Of a stretch of DNA of 64,000 nt, positions 33,310-44,224 are shown piece by piece. Origin of the DNA: an uncultured cyanobacterium (GTDB taxonomy: Bacteria > Cyanobacteriota > Cyanobacteriia > Cyanobacteriales > CAWUOF01); assembly GCA_963744145.1 (NCBI GenBank), contig CAVUSO010000001.1, positions 7,552,001-7,616,000 on the forward strand. The letters are read 5' to 3'. Position 1 is the stretch's first letter; every line of letters starts with the position of its first letter. A program made the translations under genes and the position numbers. A model generated the notes under the pieces. The model saw only the letters and a program-made list of their open reading frames with translations. It made no database searches and had not been told where the DNA came from.

Positions 33310-33540
33310 ATGATGACTCCCCTGATGCTACGTCAACTTTGGACTTTAGTTGAAACTACCCAAGCGACTATCCTGATCAAACTAGATGATGCGACCTTAG
33401 TCCAGTGGTTACTCAAACAGGTTGAAGTAAAAGCCCCATTAGATCGAGACCAAAGCCATGTTCTGAATAATTACATCCATTCTAAACTGAGCTTGATCCG
33501 CGATCTAGCCTATCAACGCTGTGGGACAGATCATTTATAG
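33310..33540 (+). CDS. Conserved small cyanobacterial protein
   Basis: AGGAG RBS; MTP.MLRQLW.LVE.TQ...YI.SKL.LIRDLA. Confidence 0.65.
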   Translation: MMTPLMLRQLWTLVETTQATILIKLDDATLVQWLLKQVEVKAPLDRDQSHVLNNYIHSKLSLIRDLAYQRCGTDHL

Positions 33541-33672
33541 ACCAATTGGTAATTAGTAACTGTGATATCCATAGTTTCTGACTCTTAGGTTTTATGTGAC
33601 CTCTAAACTTGTAAGATAGAACACTGTTGAAGATAAGTTGTCAATAAACACCAAGAGAGTAGAGCAGAAACT

Positions 33673-34740
33673 ATGCGTAAATGGAGTTCCTTCTTCCTAG
33701 TCACCATGATGTTGGTGATCCCCCTAGTCGCTTGTCGAAGTCATCAGTCAGAACCAACTTCAGTAGCGCAAAATAATAATAATGCTCCGGGTCGGCTAGA
33801 AACCATTATCAAACGTGGTAAGCTGATTTGTGGAATTGGCGCTGATTTACCTGGGTTTAGTTTTCTTGGTAAAGATGGTAAATATGCAGGACTAGATGTG
33901 GATGTTTGTCGCGCGATCGCTGCCGCTTTGTTCGATAATCCTGATGCAGTAGAATTTCGTCCTCTTACTCCCCAAGAACGTTTTTCAGCCATGCAATCGG
34001 GGGAAGTGGACGTTCTTAGTCGTAACACTACTTGGACGATTAGTCGTGATACAGAGTTAAGAATGCTGTTTGCACCAGTCGATTTTTATGACGGTCAAGG
34101 GATGATGGTTCGTAAAGATAGTGGGATCAAGTCTTTAGAAGATTTTAAAGGTAAATCGATCTGTGTTCAAACTGGTACTACTACAGAAAAAGACTTGTCT
34201 GATAAAATGCGTAAGCTGGGAGTTAACTATACTCCTCTAGTTTTTGAAGAAACTGATGCTACTTTTTCTGCTTATGCTCAGGGTCGTTGTCAAGGAGTGA
34301 CGACAGACCGTTCTCAACTAGCTGGACGTCGGACAATTCTCCCGAAACCAGAAGACCATGAAATTTTAGCAGATGTATTAATTTCTAAACAACCTTTAGC
34401 TCCTTGTGTTTTACAAGGTGATGCTAAGTGGTTTAGTGTCGTCAAATGGACTGTCTTTACACTAATTAATGCAGAAGAACTAGGAATTACCTCAGCGAAT
34501 GTTACCCAAATGCTGACTAATGAAGATCCTCTAATTAAACGCTTTTTAGGTAAGGAAGGAAGTGTCGGTCAAGGAATGGGATTATCCAATGACTTCGCTT
34601 TTCGCATTATTAAACATATTGGTAACTATGGTGAAGTTTATGAACGTAATGTCGGTGAGAAAAGTCCTTTAAAGCTACCACGAGGAGCAAACAATCTTTG
34701 GACAAATGGTGGTTTAATGTATTCCCCTCCTTGGGACTAA
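33673..34740 (+). CDS. natF: Amino-acid ABC transporter substrate-binding lipoprotein (AapJ/NatF-like)
   Basis: LVAC lipobox, GLDVDVCRAIAAA, SRNTTWT.SRD, GNYGE.YERN. Confidence 0.85.
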   Translation: MRKWSSFFLVTMMLVIPLVACRSHQSEPTSVAQNNNNAPGRLETIIKRGKLICGIGADLPGFSFLGKDGKYAGLDVDVCRAIAAALFDNPDAVEFRPLTPQERFSAMQSGEVDVLSRNTTWTISRDTELRMLFAPVDFYDGQGMMVRKDSGIKSLEDFKGKSICVQTGTTTEKDLSDKMRKLGVNYTPLVFEETDATFSAYAQGRCQGVTTDRSQLAGRRTILPKPEDHEILADVLISKQPLAPCVLQGDAKWFSVVKWTVFTLINAEELGITSANVTQMLTNEDPLIKRFLGKEGSVGQGMGLSNDFAFRIIKHIGNYGEVYERNVGEKSPLKLPRGANNLWTNGGLMYSPPWD

Positions 34741-34822
34741 AATTCTGACCCAGAACCTAGTCTCCCCTCACTAAAGTTGCAGGGGGGATGAATGAACCTT
34801 TCTAGTTTATTTGATCAAAATA

Positions 34823-35743
34823 ATGAGCAAAGTTTCTCTATTACATGATGTCAGATTCTGGCGCATCGCTGGTCAATTTCTGCTAATAATGGTAGTCACG
34901 ATCGCGATTAGCATCTTAGCCGATAATTTTCATTATAACTTGGAAAGACAAGGAAGAGAATTTGGGTTTGACTTTTTAGAACAGCAAACATCTTTTGACA
35001 TTGGAGAAACATTAATTCCTTACCAACCAACAGATGTTTATTGGGTAGCAATATTAGTAGGTATCCTCAATTCCTTGCGAATTATAGTTTTCAGCACAAT
35101 TTTCTCAACTCTAATTGGGGTAATTGTGGGAATCGCACGTTTATCAGATAATTGGTTAGTGCGAAAATTAGCTTTTGTTTATGTAGAGATAATTCGTAAT
35201 ACTCCTTTATTACTTCAGCTATTTTTTTGCTATTTTGTGATTTTCCTAAGTTTACCCCAACCGGAAAATAGTATTTCCTGGTTCGGGATAATTGTGTTTA
35301 GCAACCGTGGTATAGATTTCGGCTCTCTGCATCTTTCATCAGAATTTTCTGCTTTACTATTAGGGTTAACTATTTATACTGCTGGATTTATTGCGGAAAT
35401 TGTGCGTGGGGGTATTCAATCAGTCCCAAAAGGACAATCAGAAGCAGCAAGGGCTCTTGGATTAAAACCTGGTTTAGCAATGCGACTGGTGATTTTACCT
35501 CAAGCACTCCGAGTAATTGTACCGTCTCTGAATAGCGAATATTTGAATTTAGCGAAAAACTCCAGTTTAGCGATCGCCATTGCTTATCCAGATATTTACT
35601 CAATTTGTTCAACAACTTTAAATCAAACTGGTCGTGATGTGGAAGTAATTTTGCTCTTGATGGTGATCTATCTCACCATTAACTTAATCATTTCGGTGTT
35701 AATGAATTTATTTAATCAAACAGTCCAATTAAAAGAAAGATAA
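34823..35743 (+). CDS. natG: Amino-acid ABC permease (AapQ/NatG-like)
   Basis: RNTPLLLQL, AEIVRGGIQSVPKGQ.EAA. Confidence 0.85.
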   Translation: MSKVSLLHDVRFWRIAGQFLLIMVVTIAISILADNFHYNLERQGREFGFDFLEQQTSFDIGETLIPYQPTDVYWVAILVGILNSLRIIVFSTIFSTLIGVIVGIARLSDNWLVRKLAFVYVEIIRNTPLLLQLFFCYFVIFLSLPQPENSISWFGIIVFSNRGIDFGSLHLSSEFSALLLGLTIYTAGFIAEIVRGGIQSVPKGQSEAARALGLKPGLAMRLVILPQALRVIVPSLNSEYLNLAKNSSLAIAIAYPDIYSICSTTLNQTGRDVEVILLLMVIYLTINLIISVLMNLFNQTVQLKER

Positions 35744-35766
35744 AGGGATAAAAATTAGTTGAATTT

Positions 35767-36807
35767 ATGACTAATCAACCAGTAGAAAATCATTCCTGGA
35801 CAGAGACGGGAATTAATCTCCGCAGATGGCTCAAGAAAAATTTGTTTAAGAATTGGCAAAATACCTTACTAACTATATCGATTTCAGCGATCGGTTTCCA
35901 GGTATTGACCAATGTATTAATTTGGATCACCACCCAAGCAAAATGGGCAATAATTAGTAGTAATTTGCCCTTATTTTTAGTCGGTCGGTTTCCTCCTCAA
36001 GAATATTGGCGACTCTGGCTAGTTGTTAGTATATTAGCCATATTATTAGGATTATCCTGGTTTAGACTACCCCTAGTTAGTCGGTGGTTACCGCTGAGTT
36101 GGTTAATCGCATTTCCGGTTACTCTTTGGTTAATTGGAGGAGGATTTGGGTTAACGAGTGTAGATACAAATCTTTGGAATGGGCTGTTACTCACCTTACT
36201 AATGGCATCAGTTAGTATTATTCTATCATTTCCCATTGGCGTTTTACTCGCTTTGGGTCGTCAGAGTTCCTTGCCCATTATCCGTTGGTTTAGTATTTTA
36301 TATATTGAACTATTTCGGGGATTGCCATTAATTGGCATTTTATTTACAGCCCAAGTGATGCTACCATTACTATTACCGCCAGAAATGCGTTTGGATCGGG
36401 TCCTCAGAGCGATCGCTGGGTTAACGATTTTTAGTGCTGCTTACCTAGCAGAAAATGTCCGAGCAGGCTTACAAGCAGTCCCTCGTGGTCAAAGTGAAGC
36501 AGCTAAAGCATTAGGATTTAATCCGGTGCTAGTTTTACTACTAATTGTACTACCACAAGCCCTGCGTAATGTGATCCCAGCTATAGTCGGTCAATTTATT
36601 AGTCTGTTTAAAGACACAACTTTACTATCAATCGTTGGTTTAGTAGAATTACTGGGAATCAGTAAATCAATTTTAGCACAGCCAGAGTTTTTAGGTCGTT
36701 ATATGGAAGTATATTTATTTGCAGGAGTTCTTTACTGGATATTTTGTTATATCATGTCATTGTTTAGTCGGCGTTTAGAACAACAGCTAAACGTCGGGAA
36801 AAGATAG
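35767..36807 (+). CDS. natH: Amino-acid ABC permease (AapM/NatH-like)
   Basis: RGLPLI, AYLAENVRAGLQA.PRGQ.EAA. Confidence 0.85.
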   Translation: MTNQPVENHSWTETGINLRRWLKKNLFKNWQNTLLTISISAIGFQVLTNVLIWITTQAKWAIISSNLPLFLVGRFPPQEYWRLWLVVSILAILLGLSWFRLPLVSRWLPLSWLIAFPVTLWLIGGGFGLTSVDTNLWNGLLLTLLMASVSIILSFPIGVLLALGRQSSLPIIRWFSILYIELFRGLPLIGILFTAQVMLPLLLPPEMRLDRVLRAIAGLTIFSAAYLAENVRAGLQAVPRGQSEAAKALGFNPVLVLLLIVLPQALRNVIPAIVGQFISLFKDTTLLSIVGLVELLGISKSILAQPEFLGRYMEVYLFAGVLYWIFCYIMSLFSRRLEQQLNVGKR

Positions 36808-36834
36808 AAATAGCAATTATAAATTAAAACACCA

Positions 36835-37581
36835 ATGACAGAACCTAACAATGAACTAATGATTATCGCTACGGATGTGCAAAAGTGGTATGGCAAATTT
36901 CACGTTTTGCGTGGAGTTAGCTTAACCGTTGAACGCGGTGAAGTAGTAGTGATTATGGGACCTTCTGGTTCAGGAAAATCAACCTTTATCAGAACTTTTA
37001 ATGCTCTGGAAGAATATCAAGGTGGCAAAATTGAAGTCGATGGAATTGAACTATCTAGTGATCTGAGAAATATTGATGCAATTCGGAGCGAAGTGGGGAT
37101 GGTGTTCCAACAGTTTAATTTATTTCCCCACAAAACAGTCATAGAAAATATTACCTTAGCACCGATTTGGGTCCGGAAATGGACCAAAGCCAAAGCCGAA
37201 GAAATAGCATTGCAATTATTGGAGCGAGTAGGTATCTTAGAACAAGCCCAAAAATATCCCGGACAATTATCTGGGGGTCAACAACAACGGGTAGCGATCG
37301 CCCGTGTCCTAGCAATGCAACCGAAAATTATGTTATTCGATGAACCAACTTCATCCCTAGATCCGGAAATGGTCAGGGAAGTTTTAGATGTAATGTTATC
37401 CCTCGCTAATGATGGGATGACGATGGTGGTAGTGACCCATGAAGTTGGTTTTGCTCGTGAAGTAGCCGATCGCGTAGTGTTTATGGATAGTGGATTGATC
37501 GTGGAAACTGCGACACCAAATGACTTTTTTAGTAATCCCAAGGAAGAACGTAGTCGGAAGTTTTTATCCCAAATTCTCTAA
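36835..37581 (+). CDS. bgtA: Polar amino-acid ABC ATPase (AapP/BgtA-like)
   Basis: [28 protein letters not shown]. Confidence 0.85.
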   Translation: MTEPNNELMIIATDVQKWYGKFHVLRGVSLTVERGEVVVIMGPSGSGKSTFIRTFNALEEYQGGKIEVDGIELSSDLRNIDAIRSEVGMVFQQFNLFPHKTVIENITLAPIWVRKWTKAKAEEIALQLLERVGILEQAQKYPGQLSGGQQQRVAIARVLAMQPKIMLFDEPTSSLDPEMVREVLDVMLSLANDGMTMVVVTHEVGFAREVADRVVFMDSGLIVETATPNDFFSNPKEERSRKFLSQIL

Positions 37582-37583
37582 AT

Positions 37584-39212
37584 TTATTTGGGTTGGGTGA
37601 GTAAGTTTTGAAATTCTGGGCGATCGCGAATCTGATGAAAGCTTTTGTCAGTTATTGCTGAATCTAGCAAATTTGGGTCTAGTTCGAGAGCGCGTTGTAA
37701 ATGGGAGATGGCTTCAGTTATTTCTTGTGATTCCGCATGATGACAAGCTTTATTATACCAAGTAGTTGCATAGTCAGGTTGCATTTTAATTGCTTCCTCA
37801 TAGATGGCGATCGCTTCAGTTGCTTGTCCCATTCGACTTAACGCTGCCCCTTTAATATTTAAACCCAGAGGATTATTAGGAAACTGTTTATGCAAATCTT
37901 GACTAATTTTTAAAGCCTCATCACAACGATTTAATTCAATCAGCACAAAACATTTTTGATATTTTGATTGGTGATAGTTTGGATTAAATTCAATGGCGCG
38001 TTGATAAGAAAATAGCGATTCTTCATATCGTTTCCAACGCTGCATTAAAACACCACGATCGTGCCAAATCATGCCATTTTTAGGTTCGAGTTTCAGGGCT
38101 TTTTCATAACATTGAAAAGCGGCATCATATAATTTCATTCGCAATAAAGAAGCACCCTTAAACCAAATAGCACGAACATGATTAGGTTCAATTTGTAAGA
38201 GTTGATCATAAGTTTTAACTGTCTCATCATGTTTTTTATCCATTGATAATGTAATCCCCTTTAAAAGTAAAGCTTGTCCAAAATTGGGTTGCAATTTTAA
38301 TGCTTGATCATAAGATTCAATTGCTTGATCATAGCGTTTGAGTTTGGTCAGAGCTTGTCCCCGAGTAGTCCAAACTTGACAAAAATTTACACCAGAATTT
38401 AAGCAGCTATCAAAATAGTTTGTTTGGAGAGAAATTGCTCGATCAAAAGAGCTAAGTGCTGCTTCATATTGTTTTAACTTAAATAGGATTGAACCCCGAT
38501 TTGCCCAAAGACTTTGTTCTTTTAGATCAGGATTAATTTTAATTGTTTGGTTATAACAAGCTAGAGCAACTTGAGGAAATTGACGAGATAATTGGATGAA
38601 GAAACCAATAATTTCTAAAGTATTGACCAGCAAATTTTTCGGGCGTTTGCGAAAAAACCAGAGCAAATAAATCACCAATAATAATATGATATATATAATT
38701 ATTTCATGGACAGCATACTCAAAAACTATTCTACCTGTATTAGCCCCAGTTGCTGGAATACCTAAAAACTTTACCAGTTGAAATGCCTTACTTAACAAAG
38801 CATAATTAAGTGGAGCAAAATTAAAGATTAATGTATAAAGCAGAATAATTCCCAATAGACAAAAATTTCGGAACTTTTGTTGAACTGATTCGGGTAACCA
38901 AGGCTCGAAGATCCGATAACCATCCAAGGGTGGAATTGGTAACAGATTTAATAACATCATATAAAAGTTGAGAAAAACTAGAAAAGCCAGGAGAGTACCT
39001 AGTACAGATTTAAATAAAGGAGCTAGATTTGCCAGTGATAAGAAATACCATAACAATGCTAAAATTACACCAGCGATCGCGCTTCCTATTGGTCCAGCTC
39101 CAGCTACTGCACTTTGCCACCAGCGATTTTTGAGTCGTTTTTGATCAATATAAACCGCAGCTCCAGGTAAAGCTAATCCTCCCATCAATAGAAATACTAG
39201 GGGAACAAAAGG
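37584..39212 (-). pseudogene. 5'-truncated M50 (site-2) protease fused to TPR repeats
   Basis: Has AGP and NLLPIPPLDG motifs plus many TPRs but no HExxH; in-frame TGA at 39213-39215 just upstream of PFVPLVFLLMGG. Confidence 0.7.
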
Positions 39213-39280
39213 TCAATCGACCCGATCGCTCTCAACTAATTGCTCTTCCTCAAGAACATATCGCGATCGCTGTGAAAATA

Positions 39281-39823
39281 TTATTTGCTAAGTTCCTGTG
39301 GCAAATTCTTAATAATACGTTGAAAAAGATTTGGATCTTCTAACCCCAAAGACAAAATTAGTGCACCTTGAATCTCAATTACTGCATCTTCTGCTCGTTG
39401 GAAAGCAAGTTCCTCATCGATCCCAGACTCAACTAATACCCGTGCGATCGCTTTAATCCAATTTTGAAATAAAGCTTTTACTTGATCATGAAACACATCT
39501 CGAGCTGAACCCAATAATAAAGTTGCACATAAACTGGGTTTCTGTCCCTCTTCATAGAGGTTAGATAAATTATTGCACATTTGTTGAAATCTCATTACCG
39601 TATCCCCTTCACCTTCAAGGACAGATACAACATTGTCATTGAACCATTTTTCTAAATAATCTAATACTGACTTTACCATCTCATTCTTTCCTCCAGGAAA
39701 ATAATGGTAAAGACTTGCTTTTCTCATTCCAGTTGCTTCCGAAATTTTGGATAAGCTTGCTGCGTCATAACCATACTGTCGAAATACTTGTAATAAAACT
39801 GGAATATACGTTTCTTTGGACAT
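39281..39823 (-). CDS. TetR/AcrR-family regulator
   Basis: FRQYGYDAASL..I..ATG..KASLYHYFPGGK. Confidence 0.92.
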   Translation of the reverse strand: MSKETYIPVLLQVFRQYGYDAASLSKISEATGMRKASLYHYFPGGKNEMVKSVLDYLEKWFNDNVVSVLEGEGDTVMRFQQMCNNLSNLYEEGQKPSLCATLLLGSARDVFHDQVKALFQNWIKAIARVLVESGIDEELAFQRAEDAVIEIQGALILSLGLEDPNLFQRIIKNLPQELSK

Positions 39824-39844
39824 CTGCAAAAATTAAAAAAAACA

Positions 39845-39873
39845 TTGATTTTGTACTGAACGTTCGGTATAGT
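39845..39873 (+). promoter_or_regulatory. Sigma70-type promoter with palindromic operator in the spacer
   Basis: TTGATT-17 bp-TATAGT enclosing TACTGAACGTTCGGTA (39854-39869). Confidence 0.7.
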
Positions 39874-39911
39874 AGGGATGAAAAATCTAAAAATTAATCA
39901 ACAACTAACCG

Positions 39912-40043
39912 ATAATTAAACTATATGCTAATCAGCGTTTATCCAACAACTACAAAGCGAAATTAATCCTATCTCTTTTAGGTTTAAGTTTAAATTTTGA
40001 GTGGATTGCAGTTGATTTGTTCGCCACGACTATTGTATTGTAA
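39912..40043 (+). pseudogene. N-terminal remnant of a glutathione S-transferase
   Basis: (ATA)IKLYANQRLSNNYKAKLILSLLGLSLNFEWIAVDL then stop; resembles the GST N-terminal KLY...S.N.YK..L.L..LG...E...VDL pattern. Confidence 0.65.
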
Positions 40044-40146
40044 TCTTAGATAGATATGTTTTAGCACCTCCAAATTACCGGAATATTTCTAAAAGAAGCG
40101 AAAAATCGATTTATTTGGACATTAGTGAAAATTTAAAAATTAGTCA

Positions 40147-40177
40147 TTGCTATTTTATCGAACGTTCGGTAAAATAG
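40147..40177 (+). promoter_or_regulatory. Second promoter carrying the same operator
   Basis: TTGCTA-17 bp-TAAAAT overlapping the near-perfect palindrome CTATTTTATCGAACGTTCGGTAAAATAG. Confidence 0.7.
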
Positions 40178-40413
40178 AAGTTAACACTTTTAAGATTAGG
40201 TAGCATCAGAATAAACTGACGATTACGCTTTATGGCCGTTAACGTTTAGATAACAGCTATAAAGCTCAATTCACATTATCTCATTTATAAGACCAGGTAA
40301 CTATAAAGTTTTATGACTAATTAGGTTAATTTTGCATAAAAACTCGGATCTGGGACAGATATATATTTAAAAAGAGCCCAAAAATATCTAGTTGTTCTAA
40401 ATAACTTACTCAA

Positions 40414-40806
40414 ATGTCTTCTTTACTAATTGTAATGTTTCTGATCATTACCATTTTCGGTTCAGAACAATTTCTGAGTCGGAAAGAAGCAAAAGAAAAA
40501 GCTCAAAAACAAAAAGAGCTGTTAGCAGCTTTTTTTCAAGATCCAGGACGGTTTATTGGCAATTACCAAGAACATAAAAAATTATTAAAAGTTCTGAATG
40601 AATGTACTCAGGATGAAGTTAAGGAATATTATCAAAAATTGCGTTATGAAACGGGGAGATTCATCACAGAATTTGAGCCTAGTAATTTAGCACCTCTATT
40701 TGAAGATGTGGCTTTGATCTATTATCAAAAAGCTCATCTAGAACTGAACCAAGCAGAGCTAATTGAGATAGCTAGAAAAGATTTTAATTTTATTTGTCGT
40801 CAATGA
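40414..40806 (+). CDS. Hypothetical protein with N-terminal TM helix
   Basis: 130-aa ORF, hydrophobic N-terminus. Confidence 0.55.
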   Translation: MSSLLIVMFLIITIFGSEQFLSRKEAKEKAQKQKELLAAFFQDPGRFIGNYQEHKKLLKVLNECTQDEVKEYYQKLRYETGRFITEFEPSNLAPLFEDVALIYYQKAHLELNQAELIEIARKDFNFICRQ

Positions 40807-40823
40807 CTTAAATAGTTATAATC

Positions 40824-41855
40824 CAATCCAGTTCAGTTAACCGTAGGGGCAAAGCATTTCGGCGAATAAATGATGGCTGAAACGTTTACCCTGAGCGTAG
40901 TCGAAGGGAAGAATAATATTACCGAAATGCTTTGCCCTTACCATCTATGCAGCCAACAGATCAACTAGATATTAAAATATATTCAGTTAAGATTTTTTTG
41001 GGGAGATATCGCGCAGAACTGGGTGAAGCATTCGGATTTAATAGGAACGGATTTAAGTGATCAATTATCGCCCGAATGCTTCACCCCTACAATTAACTGA
41101 ACCGGATGCAGGTAAGATTTTTTTTGGAGATATCGCGCAGAACTGGGTGAAGCATTCGGATTTAATAGGAACGGATTTAAGTGATCAATTATCGCCCGAA
41201 TGCTTCACCCCTACAATTAACTGAACCGGATGCAGGTAAGATTTTTTTTGGGGAGATATCGCGCAGAACTGGGTGAAGCATTCGGATTTAATAGGAACGG
41301 ATTTAAGTGATCAATTATCGCCCGAATGCTTCACCCCTACAATTAACTGAACCGGATGCAGTTAAGATTTTTTTTGGAGATATCGCGCAGAACTGGGTGA
41401 AGCATTCGGATTTAATAGGAACGGATTTAAGTGATCAATTATCGCCCGAATGCTTCACCCCTACAATTAACTGAACCGGATGCAGTTAAGATTTTTTTTG
41501 GAGATATCGCGCAGAACTGGGTGAAGCATTCGGATTTAATAGGAACGGATTTAAGTGATCAATTATCGCCCGAATGCTTCACCCCTACAATTAACTGAAC
41601 CGGATGCAGTTAAGATTTTTTTTGGAGATATCGCGCAGAACTGGGTGAAGCATTCGGATTTAATAGGAACGGATTTAAGTGATCAATTATCGCCCGAATG
41701 CTTCACCCCTACAATTAACTGAACCGGATGCAGGTAAGATTTTTTTTGGAGATATCGCGCAGAACTGGGTGAAGCATTCGGATTTAATAGGAACGGATTT
41801 AAGTGATCAATTATCGCCCGAATGCTTCACCCCTACAATTAACTGAACCGGATTG
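40824..41855. mobile_element. Composite MITE, 1032 bp: one type-A hairpin unit plus 7 tandem type-B units
   Basis: TIRs CAATCCAGTTCAGTTAA / TTAACTGAACCGGATTG; exact 10-bp TSD AGTTATAATC at 40814-40823 and 41856-41865. Confidence 0.9.
40984..41855. repeat. Tandem array of 7 x 124-126-bp units
   Basis: GATATC recurs at 41005, 41129, 41255, 41379, 41503, 41627, 41751; each unit has a GGGTGAAGCATTCGG...CCGAATGCTTCACCC stem. Confidence 0.95.
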
Positions 41856-41968
41856 AGTTATAATCAAGATAAATTCTGTGGTACAATAGACCAGAAAGGA
41901 AAAATAACTAGGAAAGTTAATTCAATCCTAATTTAGCCAACTTTAACTACCAATAGGAGGTATTCCCC

Positions 41969-42616
41969 TTGTCTCGTTTTCGGGTTCGTCAGCACGTTAA
42001 TCCTCTCAGTCAAAAATATTGCAATCCCATCCATCTCCCTGAATGGAGTCAAATTTATGCAAATCTATCCCAACCCTTACATTTAGATATTGGTTGTGCT
42101 TGGGGAAGATTTTTATTAAAAATGGCACAAGTCCAACCCGATTGGAATTTTTTAGGATTGGAAATTCGCAGATTTTTGGTAGATGAAGCAAATGTTAATC
42201 GTGATGAACTAGGTTTAACCAATCTACATTATTTATTTAGTAATGCTAATAATTCTTTAACCCAAATCTTAGCTTCTTTACCACCAAATATTTTACAAAG
42301 AGTGACCATTCAATTTCCTGATCCCTGGTTTAAAAACCGACATCATAAACGTCGATTAGTTCAACCGGAAATAGTCCATAACTTAGCCTTTTATTTACCT
42401 AATGGTGGAGAAGTTTTTTTGCAATCTGATCTGGAAGAAATTGCTCAGGAAATGTGCGATCGCTTTTCATCTCACCCAGCATTTTTCCGTCAAAACCCTG
42501 ACACTTGGTTAGCGGAAAATCCCCTTCCAGTAGCTACTGAAAGGGAAATCGCGACCTTAACACAGAACAAACCAGTCTATCGTGCTTTATTTTGCAAGTT
42601 GTCTACAACCAACTAG
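41969..42616 (+). CDS. trmB: tRNA (guanine-N7)-methyltransferase
   Basis: [31 protein letters not shown]. Confidence 0.95.
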   Translation: MSRFRVRQHVNPLSQKYCNPIHLPEWSQIYANLSQPLHLDIGCAWGRFLLKMAQVQPDWNFLGLEIRRFLVDEANVNRDELGLTNLHYLFSNANNSLTQILASLPPNILQRVTIQFPDPWFKNRHHKRRLVQPEIVHNLAFYLPNGGEVFLQSDLEEIAQEMCDRFSSHPAFFRQNPDTWLAENPLPVATEREIATLTQNKPVYRALFCKLSTTN

Positions 42617-44138
42617 GTAACCAAATCCGCATTTGATGTTCATTCAGAGATAAAGGTAATCCAATATAGACTGGTAACCAAAAGAGGAAGGATAAACAAA
42701 TTAGACAAATAATCGTGATTCCCAAAATTTTAATATGATCGTTATGACTGCGTAACCAGTGATCAGTTAACCAAGCAATACCTAAAAATGTGAAAATAGA
42801 AGCAGGTATATAAAGATAGATAAATGTACAACGAGTTATGAAGATCCAAGGAAAAAAATTAGCGATGTAGTTGATTACTAAATAAAGAGCAATCCATGTC
42901 GCAGTTGAAAGAGATTGAGGCTCGGTTTGGCTTGATAATGAGGGTTGATGAAAATCTGGAGATTGGCTAATTGGGGATGTTTTTTTAGAGACTAAGATCG
43001 GGATAATTAGCATCCATAAAATCGCGATCGCTAACATGATCATTGCTACTGTTCCCGTCCACCATAAAAAAGGATTTCCCATTGCTTGAACAGCATAAAC
43101 TATTTTACCTACACCCGGAGGTAAAGGTGGATATAGGGGAACTGGATCGCTCAAATGAAGTGTTTTCTCATAAAAATATAAGATCGGACGGAGCATTAAG
43201 GACCAAGTATACCAAGCTGAACAATAAGGATGTACTTCTGTCCCATTACCCATATTTTGATGAAATGCTAATATTTGTCGATGGATTTCCCAAAATCCAG
43301 CGTCAGATGTAATGAGTAAGTGTGGTATCCAAATTAAACAGTAAACCACGGTCGGAATAATTCCTAAATTTACCAACCAGGATGGTAAGTTAATCTGAGT
43401 TAAGTTTGGTAAAGGATTAAGGCTTTTTGATTTTAAATTTGGGGTTTTCCTTGGTAAATTTGCTAGTAAACGCTTTAATTTTTGTAACCAAACTATTCCC
43501 CAAGCAATCAGCCAAAGTAGATAAATTCCCAACAGAAATCCTAATCCATTCCATTTTACTGCGATCGCTGCTCCAAAACAAACTCCAGCTAGTGCTAACC
43601 AAATTTTGCGTTTCGTCTTTTGGTGAGCTAACCCTAGGAGGAAAAACCAATTACCTAATAGTCCAAAAAAAATTAAATAGATATTAATCAGAGCAAAGCG
43701 AGATTCTACTAACAGTAAACCATCCGCAGCAGTAAATAAACCAGCTATGATCGCATAACTAGAACGATGACTCAATTGATAAGCAATCCCCATCACAATT
43801 AAGGGAATTACTGAACCCGTGAGAGCATCTAACCAACGATAACTGAAAGGAGAAATTACTGCTCCGGTAAAATAGTTTGGAGTTCCTGTATAGAAAGGAA
43901 AATGATTAGCTAACCAAATCCCTAGAGCGATTAAATATTTCCCTAGAGGAGGATGAGCATCAAAAAAGGAAACTTGGTTTAAATAGTTGATGGCAAATTT
44001 GGCATAGTAAACTTCATCAAATACTAAAACATTAAATTGATCAAGCCGCCAAAAGTGGGTCACACTTGATAGGAAAAATACACCCAAGATACTGATAATA
44101 AACCAAGGTGGAGACCAGAGATCAGATTTTTTCACCAA
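42603..44138 (-). CDS. Protein O-mannosyltransferase (PMT, GT39-like)
   Basis: [39 protein letters not shown]. Confidence 0.85.
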   Translation of the reverse strand: MVKKSDLWSPPWFIISILGVFFLSSVTHFWRLDQFNVLVFDEVYYAKFAINYLNQVSFFDAHPPLGKYLIALGIWLANHFPFYTGTPNYFTGAVISPFSYRWLDALTGSVIPLIVMGIAYQLSHRSSYAIIAGLFTAADGLLLVESRFALINIYLIFFGLLGNWFFLLGLAHQKTKRKIWLALAGVCFGAAIAVKWNGLGFLLGIYLLWLIAWGIVWLQKLKRLLANLPRKTPNLKSKSLNPLPNLTQINLPSWLVNLGIIPTVVYCLIWIPHLLITSDAGFWEIHRQILAFHQNMGNGTEVHPYCSAWYTWSLMLRPILYFYEKTLHLSDPVPLYPPLPPGVGKIVYAVQAMGNPFLWWTGTVAMIMLAIAILWMLIIPILVSKKTSPISQSPDFHQPSLSSQTEPQSLSTATWIALYLVINYIANFFPWIFITRCTFIYLYIPASIFTFLGIAWLTDHWLRSHNDHIKILGITIICLICLSFLFWLPVYIGLPLSLNEHQMRIWLPSWL

Positions 44139-44224
44139 TTTCCAAAGTTATAAATATTTTTAATTTGGGGCAATTAAATTCTATAATATAAAGTTCAATC
44201 CTTACTTCCAACTCAAATTTAGTT

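Noticed and set aside
33541..33672. NtcA site upstream of the amino-acid ABC operon
   Set aside because: No exact GTA-N8-TAC found
40984..41855. Possible CRISPR array or ncRNA gene array
   Set aside because: No variable spacers; explained by TIR/TSD-bounded MITE units
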